Under the pieces are notes generated by a model that was not told the origin of the DNA, made no database searches, and saw nothing but the letters and a program-made list of their open reading frames with translations. Shown one piece after another: positions 47,415 to 60,359 of a DNA stretch of 64,000 bases (its first letter is position 1; every line of letters begins with the position of its first letter). Made by a program: the position numbers and the translations under genes. This DNA is from Eledone cirrhosa (Eukaryota): positions 267,654,001-267,718,000 of the forward strand of contig OZ024741.1 of assembly GCA_964016885.1 (NCBI GenBank). The letters run 5' to 3'.

Positions 47415-49859
47415 TTCAAAGGAATATAAATTAAAATAATGAGATAATGTTACATAATATAATGTTCCATATATTGGTTTTTACTATGGTGTCTTGGTTG
47501 CATCAGTTGTCAGCCATAATCAAGCAGTATTCATCTGTCGAGGCTGCATTGTGTGAGATCTGCCTATCGGTAACAAGATAGCTGCCAAAGGGCATATTTA
47601 CCTTACTAATTAGAGGGTGGTTTCAGGGGAAGTAACTCTCGAGAGATTAGAAATTGTGTGTAGTTTATAGTTAAGTGCTAATTTTTAAATTGTTTTTAAT
47701 TGAGAGACAATGTAAGGGCGGTAACTTATAATTATCGAGTTGTTCATAGCAATTTAACTTATTAGCTACAAGTAAAAATGGGGCTACATGACTAAGTTGG
47801 GTCAAAAATTCTATTGGCGAAGGAATTAGCCCTTCGATGTTGACAGCTAATAGTTACCTCCGTTCTATCGTTAATCGGTAGACGTCGTGATAGAGTTATG
47901 TAATATGCTTCCGTAATACAGAGATCACAAGATTTTCTTCGTCCATTGAACGGTTGGGCCCTAGCCACGATATTCCATTTTAGTGAGTGTTGAACGTTGC
48001 TTAATTTAAAGTTTTTAATGAGCCTAGCTAGCGATGTCGAACATCTGTTGCTAGGGTCTTGGAAGGAAAAAGAGTGCGCGTTATAGCGTACCTTAAAAGG
48101 GTTAGAGGTAGACCCGATATAAGAGCTGGTATTCGAAGCAGTCTTAACTGTGCACCTATAGACTATGTTGGGTGTCAGGCAGTGTCCATTTAATGGGCAT
48201 GCATTGGGGTAATGGCAATTGCAGTTGCTTCTGCGTTTAGTGAGAGTAGGGTTGTTTAACCTAAGCGGAGGTCCGTGCTAAAAGGATTAGATGGGGGGAG
48301 GTGTGCTACTAGAGTAATTATTGGTGTAGTGGCGTGGTGTATTTGATAGGGGTGGTGGTACCGCCGTGTGGGAGTTATACTGTCTTAGCTTATGATGGTT
48401 ACTGAACGCGATGTGGCTAGCTAGGTTAGGTGTTGTGCAGAATGAGATTTTAATGTTATTTTTATTAAAGAGTTTCTAATATCTATGGTTGGGTGGGAAG
48501 TGTTTAGATAGGATAGAGAAGAAGCGTTTGGGGATATTAGTGGCTAGATTAGATGAGAATGGGGGGGTTAAGCCATGTGATATTTCTTAGTCTATTCCTT
48601 CTAGGGGTTCTAGTGGAGTTGTTAGGGGCCTTCCTAGGGATATTATTACCTGGGGATTTGTTATTTATCATCCCATTTCTCATTCCTATTATAGGGTTGA
48701 TTTTTAGTTTGCTACTTGGAGTGGGGAGCAGGCTGCTGCCACCATTAAAGTTACCTGTATAGGTGCTGTTACTGCTAAAATTCCGGCGAATCTGGCTATA
48801 TGCTAAGGTATTTCTAATTCTAGTGTTAAGTTTATTATGGTGAATTGCTGTGTTATGGCATTTAGGTATGTAATAAATTGATTGCTTATAACCAGATTCA
48901 GAGAGAGCCTTATTATAATATTGTGCGTTGTTTATAAATATCTCCTTATTGTTGAGATCCAGGGTGACGTCTAGGAAGTTTACTATTTTATGGTTCGGCT
49001 CGATGGTGATAGAGAGACGGTTATTTTTGAAGAATCTATGTAATTGTTTCTTTAGCAAATCGATTCCCCGATTAGTGCAATTGAGGACTGCAAATATGGC
49101 GTCATCCCTGTATATTCCGCCTTGCATGGGTTGGATTTCGGCTCTGATGCTACGTAATAGGTAAATCCCAACTAAATCGGTGATTTGCGCGGAGTCACTT
49201 GAGCCCATCGTAATGTCAAAGTTGTCTGTTCTATCTTTTCTAGTCCAGAATGCTCCGTTGAATTCAATGATAGTCTGCCTAGCCATAAGTATGATGTTAA
49301 TCTCATTATTGGTTATGTCTGAGTTGGTGGTGGCTAGGGCTAATGCTTTGTTGAGCAGTTCCGGGGTTATTGACGCGTAATAGCTGTCTATGTCAAACTG
49401 GATGAACCTCATAGATTGCTTGGACCTTAGATCGGAGAACCATCTAATGACTTGGCCGGTGTTAGACCACAACTTGTAGGTGGTATCATCCCGTAGCCCA
49501 GGGATTATCCTATCAAGGATGTTCTTACTGATGCGGCCCAGGTCAGATGTGGTTGGGCTTATGAATCTAATAGATGGCTTCTCTATAAAGTTTGGCTTCT
49601 GATCCTTGAGAGAGAACCTTGGGGTTGTTGGTACATAAGGGTGGGTAAATCTATCCAGATGCAAGTCCTTAACCAAAGCCTGGGCTTTTCGGTTAAGTAC
49701 GTTTACACTGGAGGGTGTAGTTTTTTTTATAGTTTTTATTGAGTTCTTTAAGAAGGAAAGAGTTGTAAATTTCCAACCAAGACACCATAGTAAAAACCAA
49801 TATATGGAACATTATATTATGTAACATTATCTCATTATTTTAATTTATATTCCTTTGAA

Positions 49860-49960
49860 GTTCCGATGAGCCGCTCTGTCTTTTAAATATGTCTTTTAAA
49901 TTATGATATATAGTCATCTGATTCAGAAATATTATATGGAGTAGCGAAACAATTGTAAAC
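49860..49960 (+). ncRNA. Hammerhead ribozyme, family G (inverted copy)
   Basis: Same core; stem II insert differs by an indel. Confidence 0.65.
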
Positions 49961-50268
49961 GGACATTATTATTATTAATATTATTATTATTATTCTCTAC
50001 ATTCCTTACATCAAACTAAAATATGTTGACAATCTTTTAATAATGTCTTCCTTGTGAAATTTGTGGTCTTGTTTTGCTTAACTAATGAATAATTCCAGCT
50101 CTGCGCACCTAATTTCTGCATGAACCCAGCCACCTAGCTGCTTTCTACTGCATATTGCACATTGAGCACATGCCTTTACGCTTTGGCTTCTAACTAATTC
50201 ACCAATCTCTCCTCTCATATCTCCTCTACTATCTCTATCTCTCTCTTTAAGATTGGTTACTCTTGAAC

Positions 50269-50353
<85 letters not shown>

Positions 50354-50354
50354 T

Positions 50355-50402
<48 letters not shown>

Positions 50403-50416
50403 ATATATATATTTAT

Positions 50417-50452
<36 letters not shown>

Positions 50453-50462
50453 ATATATATTA

Positions 50463-50545
<83 letters not shown>

Positions 50546-50546
<1 letters not shown>

Positions 50547-51545
50547 TACCAGATTTACCCGGCGTTGCTCAGTGTTTGAAATTATGCTAACAATATACAG
50601 CTAGGAAGTAAAAGAAGAACATTATTTCTCCCCAACCTGTCAAAATAACCAGAAGTCTTCAATAATTAATGCAAACGAATATTTAGTGCAATCTTTGTAC
50701 ACATAAAACTATGCTGATAATGAAGGAAAACACTGAACAGGATGTAGTTATACAAATGATTAAAGACAATACACGTTGCAAATCTGTAAAAAACAGGTAG
50801 TTTTGCTAAAGTACAAAAAGTTGTAATGAAAGCAGAGTTGTATACAAACAAAAAAACAATAAGAGTAGAATCAGAGAAAATCTATTCTTTGAGAGCTTCC
50901 TTTGTTGTGTATGGTTAAATTTTGAACTTATAATCCAAAATATCCTGCATGACATATTCATTGGTATGTTTTGTAATGAGTAAGGTGAAGTCAAGGCAGA
51001 GCTTTAATAAGTTTTTTTGTTAACACTAAAGCACTTCAGGATAGACGATATTCTTTGTTTTTCTTTTCGGAACAAACGCAAAGTGATTATCTCGACTGTC
51101 AACTCGTGAGCAGGCAACGTAGAATTGTCCGTGCGAAAAGCAAGGTTCATCCAAGTGAATTCCAGTGACAGACAGAGTTTGACCTTGCGACTTGTTTATG
51201 GACATCACAAAGGCAACACGAAGGGGAAATTGGGTTCGGCGAAAGGAGTATCCACGCCTGATGTAGCCAGGCTAATTTTTGTTATTATCACATCCTCGCC
51301 TTTTCCACATCCGGATAGAATGGTAGCGTCAATACTAAGTGGAGACAGTTTTTTAACCACAAGGCGTGTACCATTGCATAGTTTTGGAGGAGTGACATTT
51401 CTCAGCAAAATAACTGGCGTTCCCTCTTTCAGAACTAATGTATTAGGAGGTAAACCAGGAGGATTTAAAGACTTTAGAAATTCAACTGGATAGTTGACCG
51501 CATCCTGTGGATCACATACAGTATCGATAGATGTATACATCCGTG
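50546..51545 (-). mobile_element. Helitron 3' fragment with degenerate PIF1-like helicase C-terminus
   Basis: YPVEFLKSLNPPGLPP..L.LK.G.PVILLRN...LCNGTRL; SINKSQGQTL; CFSHGQFYVACSRV; terminal hairpin plus (G)TAG. Confidence 0.9.
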
Positions 51546-51657
51546 GACATCCAGGAAGAATCCTGTTCAGTATGTTCCTTCATTGTCAAAAAAGTTTGAT
51601 GTGTACGAATACAGCTGGAAGCATAGATAATGCCTGCCTCAAATGTGGACGAAATTA

Positions 51658-52090
51658 CTTTAAAAATGTAAAAGCTGTAGGTCCCAATGGTTTGAATGGA
51701 AAGTCCCATAAGTATTGTTCTAAAAATAAACAAACTATCATCAAAATCTCGTCAATTCGAGACTGCTGCGAGATTAGGCCCTTACCGCGAAAATTAACAC
51801 TTAATATAGTGAAACAAGTTAAAACAACAAGTGTTTTTTTAACTTTGAAAGTGCAACAAATTTTTTTTTGTATCAACATGGTTTATGAAAGTTTTAAAAA
51901 TGTAAAAGTTGTAGGTCCCAATGGTTTGAATGGAAAGTCCCATAACGATTGTTCTAAAAATAAACAAACCATCATCAAAATCTCGTCAATTCGAGACTGC
52001 TGCGAGATTAGGCCCTTAACGCGAAAATTAACACTTAATATAGTGAAACAAGTTAAATCAACAAGTGTTTTTTAAGTTTGAAAGTGCTAC
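51658..52090. repeat. Two tandem ~235-bp direct repeats
   Basis: 51658-51855 is nearly identical to 51893-52090. Confidence 0.85.
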
Positions 52091-52313
52091 AAAGAATAAA
52101 CAAGAAACAAAAATAATATTAGTGATTTATCTTCAAATGAATCTGATGTTTATATTTCTGAAATTTCGTCCGATGATGAGTGTTGTTTTAAAATTGAAAA
52201 CGAAGGTCTCCATATCTCACTCTCTTTATAAGGATTGTCAATAAAGTTGGTTATCTCCCTTACATCAATTTTGCTACGGATAATTTTGATATCGATTTTT
52301 TATTGCTCAACGT

Positions 52314-52942
52314 GGAGTAAATATATAAAAAATATAAAAAATATTAAAAAAAACAATTTCTGGTTACTAGTCCCCTTCCACAATCATCAAATCTCTCACT
52401 GGTACTGCTACGCTATAGAAAAGTTTAATAGGTGGGAAGGAATACTAAATACGAGATGTTTTTTTTATATTTTTTATATATTTACTCCATTTAGATTTAC
52501 TTATTGTTTCAACTCCCCCCCCCCCTCCCATTCTCTAGTATACTTTTTTCGACCTTCTATACACTATCCTTAGAATCTGCTGTAGTTTTCACTTTCAACG
52601 CTTGACTGGGTTTCCTCCACCCCCTCTCCCTCTTTCTTCTACTGGCAAGTTCAGCTACCCTACCTTCCACAAAATGCCATGATAGAATCATGTGTCTTAA
52701 CAACAAACTTTTGACCAATCCTTGTGACAATCACTTTTACCATATATGGAATTACCCCCTGAGAAGTTCGGCTATTAATTTACCAGGCTAAAAATGTTCA
52801 TTTAGTCCAGAATTAGCCGTCGAAACGGCTTGAGCTCAGCCGTCAGGGTCCTACTTGTTCCTATTACCCACTCTACTACCCTAAGTATTGGGTACTTTGG
52901 TGCGTTATGGTCCATCTGGTTCCTTACCATATTTCCTTCGTT
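52314..52942 (+). mobile_element. Family C PLE 3' fragment with internal inversion
   Basis: 52314-52457 equals 18739-18886; 52458-52942 is the reverse complement of 18297-18770. Confidence 0.85.
52755..52848 (+). ncRNA. Hammerhead family C copy with core mutation (CTGAGAA)
   Basis: Homologous to 18391-18484; G8 changed to A, so probably inactive. Confidence 0.6.
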
Positions 52943-52996
52943 ATATATATATCAAAATGAAAATCCGAAGGCATCGTAAAATTCCAATCATTTAAT

Positions 52997-53068
52997 CACG
53001 ACACATGTTTCAATAAGAGATAGATCGATTGTGAAGCCATGATCGATTATCACTGATCTCATCAGGTG
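52997..53068 (-). ncRNA. Type I hammerhead ribozyme, family H
   Basis: CAC-CTGATGA-...-GAAAC-ATGT-GTC-GTG, with stem I extension TCATTT/AAATGA. Confidence 0.72.
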
Positions 53069-53716
53069 AAAATGAATTGTCTTCAAATTCTTGATATGAG
53101 GGAGAAAAATAACGATGTTCTCTCACAGAATTCATTCCCTCATATGAAAACACACTAGTCAGAGACACGGCGACTGCTATTAACTTCAGTTGAGGTCATA
53201 AAAGTTGTCAGATCTCTATTGCTGCAAAAAACGCTGGACATCAATCAAATCTGTAGGGATACAGTCAGTCACAGTTAATGTGAGTGGGTACACACACACT
53301 CCACACCCACATACACCGGCTCGAGGTTAAAGAAAAATATATACATATATAGACACACATCAACACAGTATTAAACCTGTAGAGTTAGTGGGGGGCGGGG
53401 TACACACACACTCTCACACACACCGAAGCGATGTCCGAGAAAAAACAAATATAAGAAAACAAATAAATAAATATAAAAATATATATACATACATATATAT
53501 ATATCGTTTCTGAATTTGTTTAGCAAGATTCTTTATCTGAAATCGTGTGTTGAAACCGATATTGTTATACTTTGGGAGGGTCATGTTGCCAATAAGAAAC
53601 ACACGCACCAGTTGCTTTCACTTCAATTTATTATATATTTATAAATTTACAAATCTACAAATTTATAAATTTCTGGTTGGTTGGTTGGTTCCACAACCAG
53701 ATAGTTGTTTATATAT

Positions 53717-53761
53717 AGTCATAGTCCTTTCGTCACACACTCTGTGACCTCTTCAGTGACT
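53717..53761 (-). ncRNA. Minimal hammerhead ribozyme, family I
   Basis: AGTCA-CTGAAGA-G-GTCACA gagtg TGTGAC-GAAAG-GA-CTA-TGACT. Confidence 0.72.
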
Positions 53762-53965
53762 GGGGATTCCTTTCTTTGTTTCTGTGCCTTTCCTTTCTTC
53801 TATCCTACGCCATTTTGTTTCTGTGTGTGTGTTGTGTGCTCAGTTTGCGCATGCACCACATCCGGGTGTCTGTGTGTGTTTGTGTTCATTTATCTATTTG
53901 TTTATTTATTTACATGTTGTTGGTTGGTTGTTTGTTCTATGTGTGTGTGTGTTTTCATTTTGTCC

Positions 53966-54601
53966 TTAATTGTAAGTTGTGATGTTGCTGTTCCACTCAT
54001 ATTTTCTATTTAATTTTGGTTGTAATTCTTTTATGTTTACTGCCTCTGTAATTTGTCTAAACATTGCATCTTTTCTGTGTGTAGATTCTATTTTTATTTC
54101 TATGTTCTCTAATTTACCCCTGTGTTCTATCTTAGCATGTTGGTAGAGTACAGATGATTCTTTATTATCTTGAAGGTCTCGCCAGTGTTCATTTATCCGT
54201 TCCCCTATACTACGAGCTGTCTCACCTATGTACACTATATTTTTGTTTCTACATTGTCCTTCAGTACATCTTATGCTATACACTACATTTCTAGTTTTAC
54301 AGTTAATATGGGGGCTTATTTTACAGGTTATACATTTCTTATCTATACATGAGGGTCTTTGGAACGGGTATGTCTTGCTAATAAGTGTTTTTACGGAGGT
54401 ACCTGGTCTTTCTACTATCTTAATATTGAGTTTATGTTTCTTTAGGGCCCTTCTAAATGTGTAGGCTAGTTCGCCTCTAGGGGTTGTATTGATGAACATT
54501 ACACTCTGGTATTTATTGCTATCATACCATGAGTTTATTCTATTGGCCTTGTTCCTAGTTCTTTCTATTCTATTCCAAAATTTGCTCCTATACAAGGGCA
54601 T
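53966..54601 (-). CDS. PLE linker plus GIY-YIG endonuclease
   Basis: CIDKKCITC..NCKTRNVVYSIRC...VYIGETARSIGERINEH...RQITEA...LNRK.EW. Confidence 0.9.
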   Translation of the reverse strand: MPLYRSKFWNRIERTRNKANRINSWYDSNKYQSVMFINTTPRGELAYTFRRALKKHKLNIKIVERPGTSVKTLISKTYPFQRPSCIDKKCITCKISPHINCKTRNVVYSIRCTEGQCRNKNIVYIGETARSIGERINEHWRDLQDNKESSVLYQHAKIEHRGKLENIEIKIESTHRKDAMFRQITEAVNIKELQPKLNRKYEWNSNITTYN

Positions 54602-55931
54602 TTATGTCATTATTTACCATTTTTTCCCATTTGGTTCTGGCTCCTCTATACACTCTGATTCTATCTCTCTGATTATAGCCAGAGAACTGCATACGGTGGA
54701 TGAAGTGTTGTATGTGTCTCTCTAGTTCTTCGGGGTTGCACATGCGGGACACATTTCTCATCACCCGTACCAAATCCGCAATCAGTATGTTGATTTTGGT
54801 ATGGTCCGAAATGGCCGAGTTTCGGAGGATCAGATGTTTGGAAGTCATGGGTTTGGCATAATGGGAATGGAGGATCTGTTTCTGGTTGTTAATGGTATCT
54901 AACCAGAGCTCTGTGTCTAGTACAGGTAATCGATGGTTGGGGTGTCTACTTGGGTAGTCTATAGTAACTCTAATGCTCTGGTGGATGGAGTTTGCTATTT
55001 GCTGGATGCTTTCCATTGTGTTTTTCTCTAGTTCCTGACTGTTCTCTAGTGGGGATGTCTTAACTACGATGTTTATATCATCTACGTAGCGGGAGTACAT
55101 TATCAGGGTTAAGCTCTCTTCTAATTGTTCTTTAAGTTTAAGTTTAAGTCTACTGTCCCACCATACCATGAATAAGTTAGCTATGTCGCCTGCAATGCTA
55201 ACACCAATGGCTGCTCCTTCCTCTTGGGCATATGTTTTTCCATTAAATTTGAACATATGTTCCTTAAGGGTTAATTTTATGCTGGCCCCTACCGCATGTG
55301 CAATCATTTTCTTCAGTTCATCGTGGTTTTCGGGTGTCCGTATGGCTCTGGTCCACCCGTTCCATCTATCTGTGTGGGTTTTCTTGGCCATTGAGGTAAT
55401 GGTAGGTGGTCTGCCTCTTGATGGTCTTGTAGGGCACAGGTTGCTAAGGTCATAAGTGTCTAGGTAACTATTACTATGGGTAAGCTTAAGTAGAAGTCCC
55501 AGCTCACTGGTATCAATCCCACGGAACTCAACCTTGCTCTCGCTGATCATTTCTACGCATTTCTCCACAGCAAAATCCACGTCAATAGATGGATACAGGG
55601 ACACAACATCCATACTGCCTATTATGCAGTTTGTTAGGTCCCCAGATCGGTTACTCACGCCGATTCTGCTGAGGAGGTCCTCCGTGCTGTCACATACATC
55701 TGGGGACATCTCAATGATGGGGCGTATGATCAGGGAGAGGAAGTAGGACAGTCTGTAGTTACTAGCAATGTTAGCTCCACAGACTGGCCGTGTTGGTGGT
55801 CCCGCGACAGGGTCACAGCCCGTTTTATGGTCTTTTCGAAGCCCATACAACGCCGGCACGTCATTGTTCCAGGCCTGGAAGTTGTTGGCAGTCCTTTTGT
55901 TGGGCTGCATTATATTCGTCCACATCACCAT
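54588..55931 (-). CDS. PLE reverse transcriptase
   Basis: LYGLRKDHK, RPVC, SMDVVSLYPSI, Q.EGAAIG, RYVDD, LPVLD, YAKPM. Confidence 0.92.
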   Translation of the reverse strand: MVMWTNIMQPNKRTANNFQAWNNDVPALYGLRKDHKTGCDPVAGPPTRPVCGANIASNYRLSYFLSLIIRPIIEMSPDVCDSTEDLLSRIGVSNRSGDLTNCIIGSMDVVSLYPSIDVDFAVEKCVEMISESKVEFRGIDTSELGLLLKLTHSNSYLDTYDLSNLCPTRPSRGRPPTITSMAKKTHTDRWNGWTRAIRTPENHDELKKMIAHAVGASIKLTLKEHMFKFNGKTYAQEEGAAIGVSIAGDIANLFMVWWDSRLKLKLKEQLEESLTLIMYSRYVDDINIVVKTSPLENSQELEKNTMESIQQIANSIHQSIRVTIDYPSRHPNHRLPVLDTELWLDTINNQKQILHSHYAKPMTSKHLILRNSAISDHTKINILIADLVRVMRNVSRMCNPEELERHIQHFIHRMQFSGYNQRDRIRVYRGARTKWEKMVNNDINALV

Positions 55932-57950
55932 ATGGGCATTGGGGGCTTTCCTCTATCCTCATGCTCCTGTGGTGTTACCTCTCTTGTGTTAGTGATGTGG
56001 GGCTGCATTGCCTGGATGTAGTTTGGCAGGCTGTCAACCGACATTCTGCCAGACTTGTCTGTTGGAAAGCATGCTATCTCTCCATTACGTGAGCGCTGCA
56101 TGAGCTTACGCAAGCCATTTGCAGATTTTTCTCCCAGTTGCTGGGCCTCTATTCTATTATGCTTCTTGCTATACTGTTCTATAATATTTCTAAGTTAGGA
56201 TCTAGCTATACTAAATTGTGCTTCTGTTTGTTTATCGACCTGCGACGGCAACTGCGTGCGTTTGTTAAATGGTAAAGTCGTGGCGTGGACTCGTCGCAGG
56301 TCGAATGATTTATCGGAGGGATTATAAAACGGAGAGTTCCAGGCTGCTGCTTTATGTGTACTAGTGCTATTGTTATTGTTAGTTGTGTTGTTTCTATTTC
56401 TATTTCCACCAACAGCCTCATGGTTGTTTCTATGTTTCTCATAATTACTCCTGTCTCTTTCCACTGGCTCAATGTTGTTATCTACCCTATTTTGTGTGTC
56501 TGTGTGTTCGTCTTGGTTATTCTCTTTGTCCTTAGTCTCCCTTCTCCTTTTCCTTTTAATCCTATTACTTTCCCTTATTTCTGTGATTTCTGTGCTACTG
56601 TCATTACTTGTTTTCTGTGTCTGTGTGTTTGTTAAGATTGTGGTGGTGGTGAGAGGCATTGAATGCGTGTGTGTTGTTGTTGTTGATGTGTGCTGTTGTT
56701 GATGTGTGTTGTTGTTGTCTCCGTGTGTGTTATCGTTGTTGTGTGTTGTTATTGTTGTTTGTGTCTGCGTGTCTGTTGTTGTTTCTGGGTATGTTGCTAT
56801 TGTTGTTGTTGTTGATGTGTGTGTTGTTGTTATTGTTGTTTGTGTCTGTGTGTCTGTTGTTGTTGGGATGTGTGTTGTATATGTGTGTACGTATATTGTT
56901 GCTTTTGTTTTTGATGCTCCAGCGTAGTTTTGTAAATGATTTTTCTATTTCTGACAGACAACTAATCATATTTACCTTCTTGAATGTCGCAAATTTCGGC
57001 GGCAAACATAACACAGACATTTCATCATTATCTATTTTTGCGTTCCCATATATGTTGGTGTTTTTGTTGTTGAACTCTTCTGATAATGAGGTGTCGGCCA
57101 TGTTGATACCGTCAATTTTGTCGGGATATCTATTGGTATACTCTATAGTATCCTGAATTAGCTTTGCCTGTTTAAGCCACTTTAGTTTCCTGTTAAAGTG
57201 CTTATCACATTCTTGAGTAATGTACTGTTCTTCAGGGCGTATAAGGCTTATAAATATTAGTTTCTCTCTTGGTGTGGTGATCCTAGCTATTTCTTGTATT
57301 AGGTTACGCTTTTGTTTTTCTTGATGACTTAATTCTCTATAGATCTTCTTTTTTATGTTTAGAATTAATGTTCGTTTTAGCCTATCTGCTTGTTTTTTGG
57401 TGAGTTGTAATCTTCTAACGTCGGTATTGATGGTGTTGGTGTAGATTCTGGAGGAGGCACATTGCTTTATGAAGTATAGTTGTCGAGATGTTATGGTTTT
57501 TCGTAGACAACAGAACATGGTGGTTTTCAGTATCTTGTTAGCCTGGCTAAGGCTTACGATATTTCGTTTCTGAATTTGTTTAGCAAGATTCTTTATCTGA
57601 AATCGTGTGTTGAAACCGATATTGTTATACTTTGGGAGGGTCATGTTGCCAATAATGCTCCATTCCCATTATGCCAATCCTCCATTCCCATTATGCCAAA
57701 CCCATGACTTCCAAACATCTGATCCACCGAAACTCGGCCATTTCGGACCATACCAAAATCAACATACTGATTGCGGATTTGGTACGGGTGATGAGAAATG
57801 TGTCCCGTATGTGCAACCCCGAAGAACTAGAGAGACACATACAACACTTCATCCACCGTATGCAGTTCTCTGGCTACAATCAGAGAGATAGAATCAGAGT
57901 GTATAGAGGAGCCAGAACCAAATGGGGAAAAATGGTAAATAATGACATAA

Positions 57951-58619
57951 ATGCCCTTGTATAGGAGCAAATTTTGGAATAGAATGCCCTTGTATAGGAG
58001 CAAATTTTGGAATAGAATAGAAAGAACTAGGAACAAGGCCAATAGAATAAACTCATGGTATGATAGCAATAAATACCAGAGTGTAATGTTCATCAATACA
58101 ACCCCTAGAGGCGAACTAGCCTACAAATTTAGAAGGGCCCTAAATAAACATAAACTCAATATTAAGATAGTAGAAAGACCAGGTACCTCCGTAAAAACAC
58201 TTATTAGCAAGACATACCCGTTCCAAAGACCCTCATGTATAGATAAGAAATGTATAACCTGTAAAATAAGCCCCCATATTAACTGTAAAACTAGAAATGT
58301 AGTGTATAGCATAAGATGTACTGAAGGACAATGTAGAAACAAAAATATAGTGTACATAGGTGAGACAGCTCGTAGTATAGGGGAACGGATAAATGAACAC
58401 TGGCGAGACCTTCAAGATAATAAAGAATCATCTGTACTCTACCAACATGCTAAGATAGAACACAAGGGTAAATTAGAGAACATAGAAATAAAAATAGAAT
58501 CTACACACAGAAAAGATGCAATGTTTAGACAAATTACAGAGGCAGTAAACATAAATGAACTCCAACCAAAATTAAATAGAAAATATGAGTGGAACAGCAA
58601 CATCACAACTTACAATTAA
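57951..58619 (+). CDS. Inverted duplicate of the PLE GIY-YIG region
   Basis: Near-identical to 53966-54601, with a short N-terminal tandem duplication (MPLYRSKFWNR twice). Confidence 0.9.
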   Translation: MPLYRSKFWNRMPLYRSKFWNRIERTRNKANRINSWYDSNKYQSVMFINTTPRGELAYKFRRALNKHKLNIKIVERPGTSVKTLISKTYPFQRPSCIDKKCITCKISPHINCKTRNVVYSIRCTEGQCRNKNIVYIGETARSIGERINEHWRDLQDNKESSVLYQHAKIEHKGKLENIEIKIESTHRKDAMFRQITEAVNINELQPKLNRKYEWNSNITTYN

Positions 58620-58823
58620 GGACAAAATGAAAACACACACACACATAGAACAAACAACCAACCAACAACATGTAAATAAATAAACAAATAGATAAATGAA
58701 CACAAACACACACAGACACCCGGATGTGGTGCATGCGCAAACTGAGCACACAACACACACACAGAAACAAAATGGCGTAGGACAGAAGAAAGGAAAGGCA
58801 CAGAAACAAAGAAAGGAATCCCC

Positions 58824-58868
58824 AGTCACTGAAGAAGTCACAGAGTGTGTGACGAAAGGACTATGACT
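58824..58868 (+). ncRNA. Minimal hammerhead ribozyme, family I (inverted copy)
   Basis: AGTCA-CTGAAGA-A-GTCACA/TGTGAC-GAAAG-GA-CTA-TGACT. Confidence 0.72.
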
Positions 58869-59727
58869 ATATATAAACAACTATCTGGTTGTGGAACCAA
58901 CCAACCAACCAGAAATTTATAAATTTGTAGATTTGTAAATTTATAAATATATAATAAATTGAAGTGAAAGCAACTGGTGCGTGTGTTTCTTATTGGCAAC
59001 ATGACCCTCCCAAAGTATAACAATATATATATGTATGTATATATATATATGAAAAGTGTAATTTTCTACATAAAACGAAGGTTATAGAGAAAATTGAGGT
59101 TGGTAATGGCACATGGAATATATAAGAGACAGAATACTTTTTTGTGAAAAAACATATAATTTTATAAGGTAAGGAAAGAATAAAGGGTATAAAAAATAAC
59201 CGGTTTCGATGGGTCTGCAAAAGCCATCTTTTCAAATGTTGATTAATATTAAGAAAAATTAATAATACGAAGAGTTAAAATTTGAGATTTTAAAATTCAA
59301 GTATAAAATTCATTGTGGGATTTCATAGTAGTTTTCATCTAGGTAGCAACAACAGGTTGACTGCTTTGTCCCTTTCTGGTAGTGAATGAGAAGTTATTTG
59401 GGGTGTGGGTTATTTTATAAAGGTCAGATTTAGCAATGGCCAACTGGCCAGCTGCTGGTCAGTGAGGGGGTGGAAGCAATATACATACACATATCTTCCT
59501 GTGGTGGGTAGGAGAGTGGAGCGTGATAGAAAGGGATTTAGTGCACTTACACCTATATATACACACATCCCTTCATCCACACATACATACATATACATAT
59601 ACATATACATATATATATATATATACATATACACACATACATACACACACACATACATATACATACACACATACACACACACACACATATATACACATAC
59701 ACACACACATATATATATATATATATT

Positions 59728-59778
<51 letters not shown>

Positions 59779-60211
59779 TATATATACATACACATACATC
59801 CAGATACACACATACATACACACACACACACACATATATATATATACACACATATATATATATATATATATACATACACACACCTCGCAAAACTTATATA
59901 TATATATATATAAGTTTTGCGAGATTTTTTATATGAAATCGTGTGTCGAAACAAATATTGTTATACTTGGGAGAGTCATATTTGTGTAATAATATTGCCA
60001 GAATTAATAACAGAACACACTCACTGTTTGGTTGGTTTTCGCTTCTGTGTCTTTTATATCGGTTAATTTAATTTATTCGGTCCTCAAAGTTACCATATGA
60101 CTCCAGTTTCTCAGTGAATTAACAACCCAACAAGGAACTGGGCATATCAGAGTATTGACAATATTATACACCTAAACAACATATGTACTTGTCTATACCA
60201 TACTAATTCAA

Positions 60212-60266
60212 ACTGCCTGAAGAGGTCACAGCCAAAGATGGCTGTCACTGAAACATATATAGCAGT
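60212..60266 (+). ncRNA. Type I hammerhead ribozyme, family J
   Basis: ACTGC-CTGAAGA-GGTC ACAGCCA/TGGCTGT CACT-GAAAC-ATAT-ATA-GCAGT, then AATAAA; one stem III mismatch. Confidence 0.72.
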
Positions 60267-60310
60267 AATAAAAGAAGCTAAATTTTAATCATTTGACTTT
60301 TATTTAACTT

Positions 60311-60359
<49 letters not shown>

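Larger units (their letters stand above)
47161..50091 (-). mobile_element. Hydra-like PLE (RT 48549-49676, GIY-YIG about 47792-48240) with inverted 3'-end copy 49774-50091
   Basis: QFDIDSYY, FDITMGSSD, IYRDD; CNCHYPNACPLNGHCLTPNIVY..SYIG; 47161-47500 inverted at the right end. Confidence 0.9.
53503..59026 (-). mobile_element. Near full-length PLE of a third protein type (53503-57655) plus a 1.35-kb inverted copy of its 3' part (57676-59026)
   Basis: N-terminal ORF 56730-57644, RT 54588-55931, GIY-YIG 53966-54601; 53505-53594 repeated at 57565-57655 (pseudo-LTR tail overlapping the ORF start). Confidence 0.92.

Noticed and set aside
51494-52200. 193-aa ORF or DNA-transposase start
   Set aside because: The ORF is produced by the ~235-bp tandem duplication; no catalytic motif or terminal repeat was identified.
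59195-59238. Hammerhead on the minus strand (TTGAAAA GATGG..CCATC GAAAC CG GTT)
   Set aside because: Stem II and the GAAAC half fit, but the first core box has two substitutions; not counted as functional.
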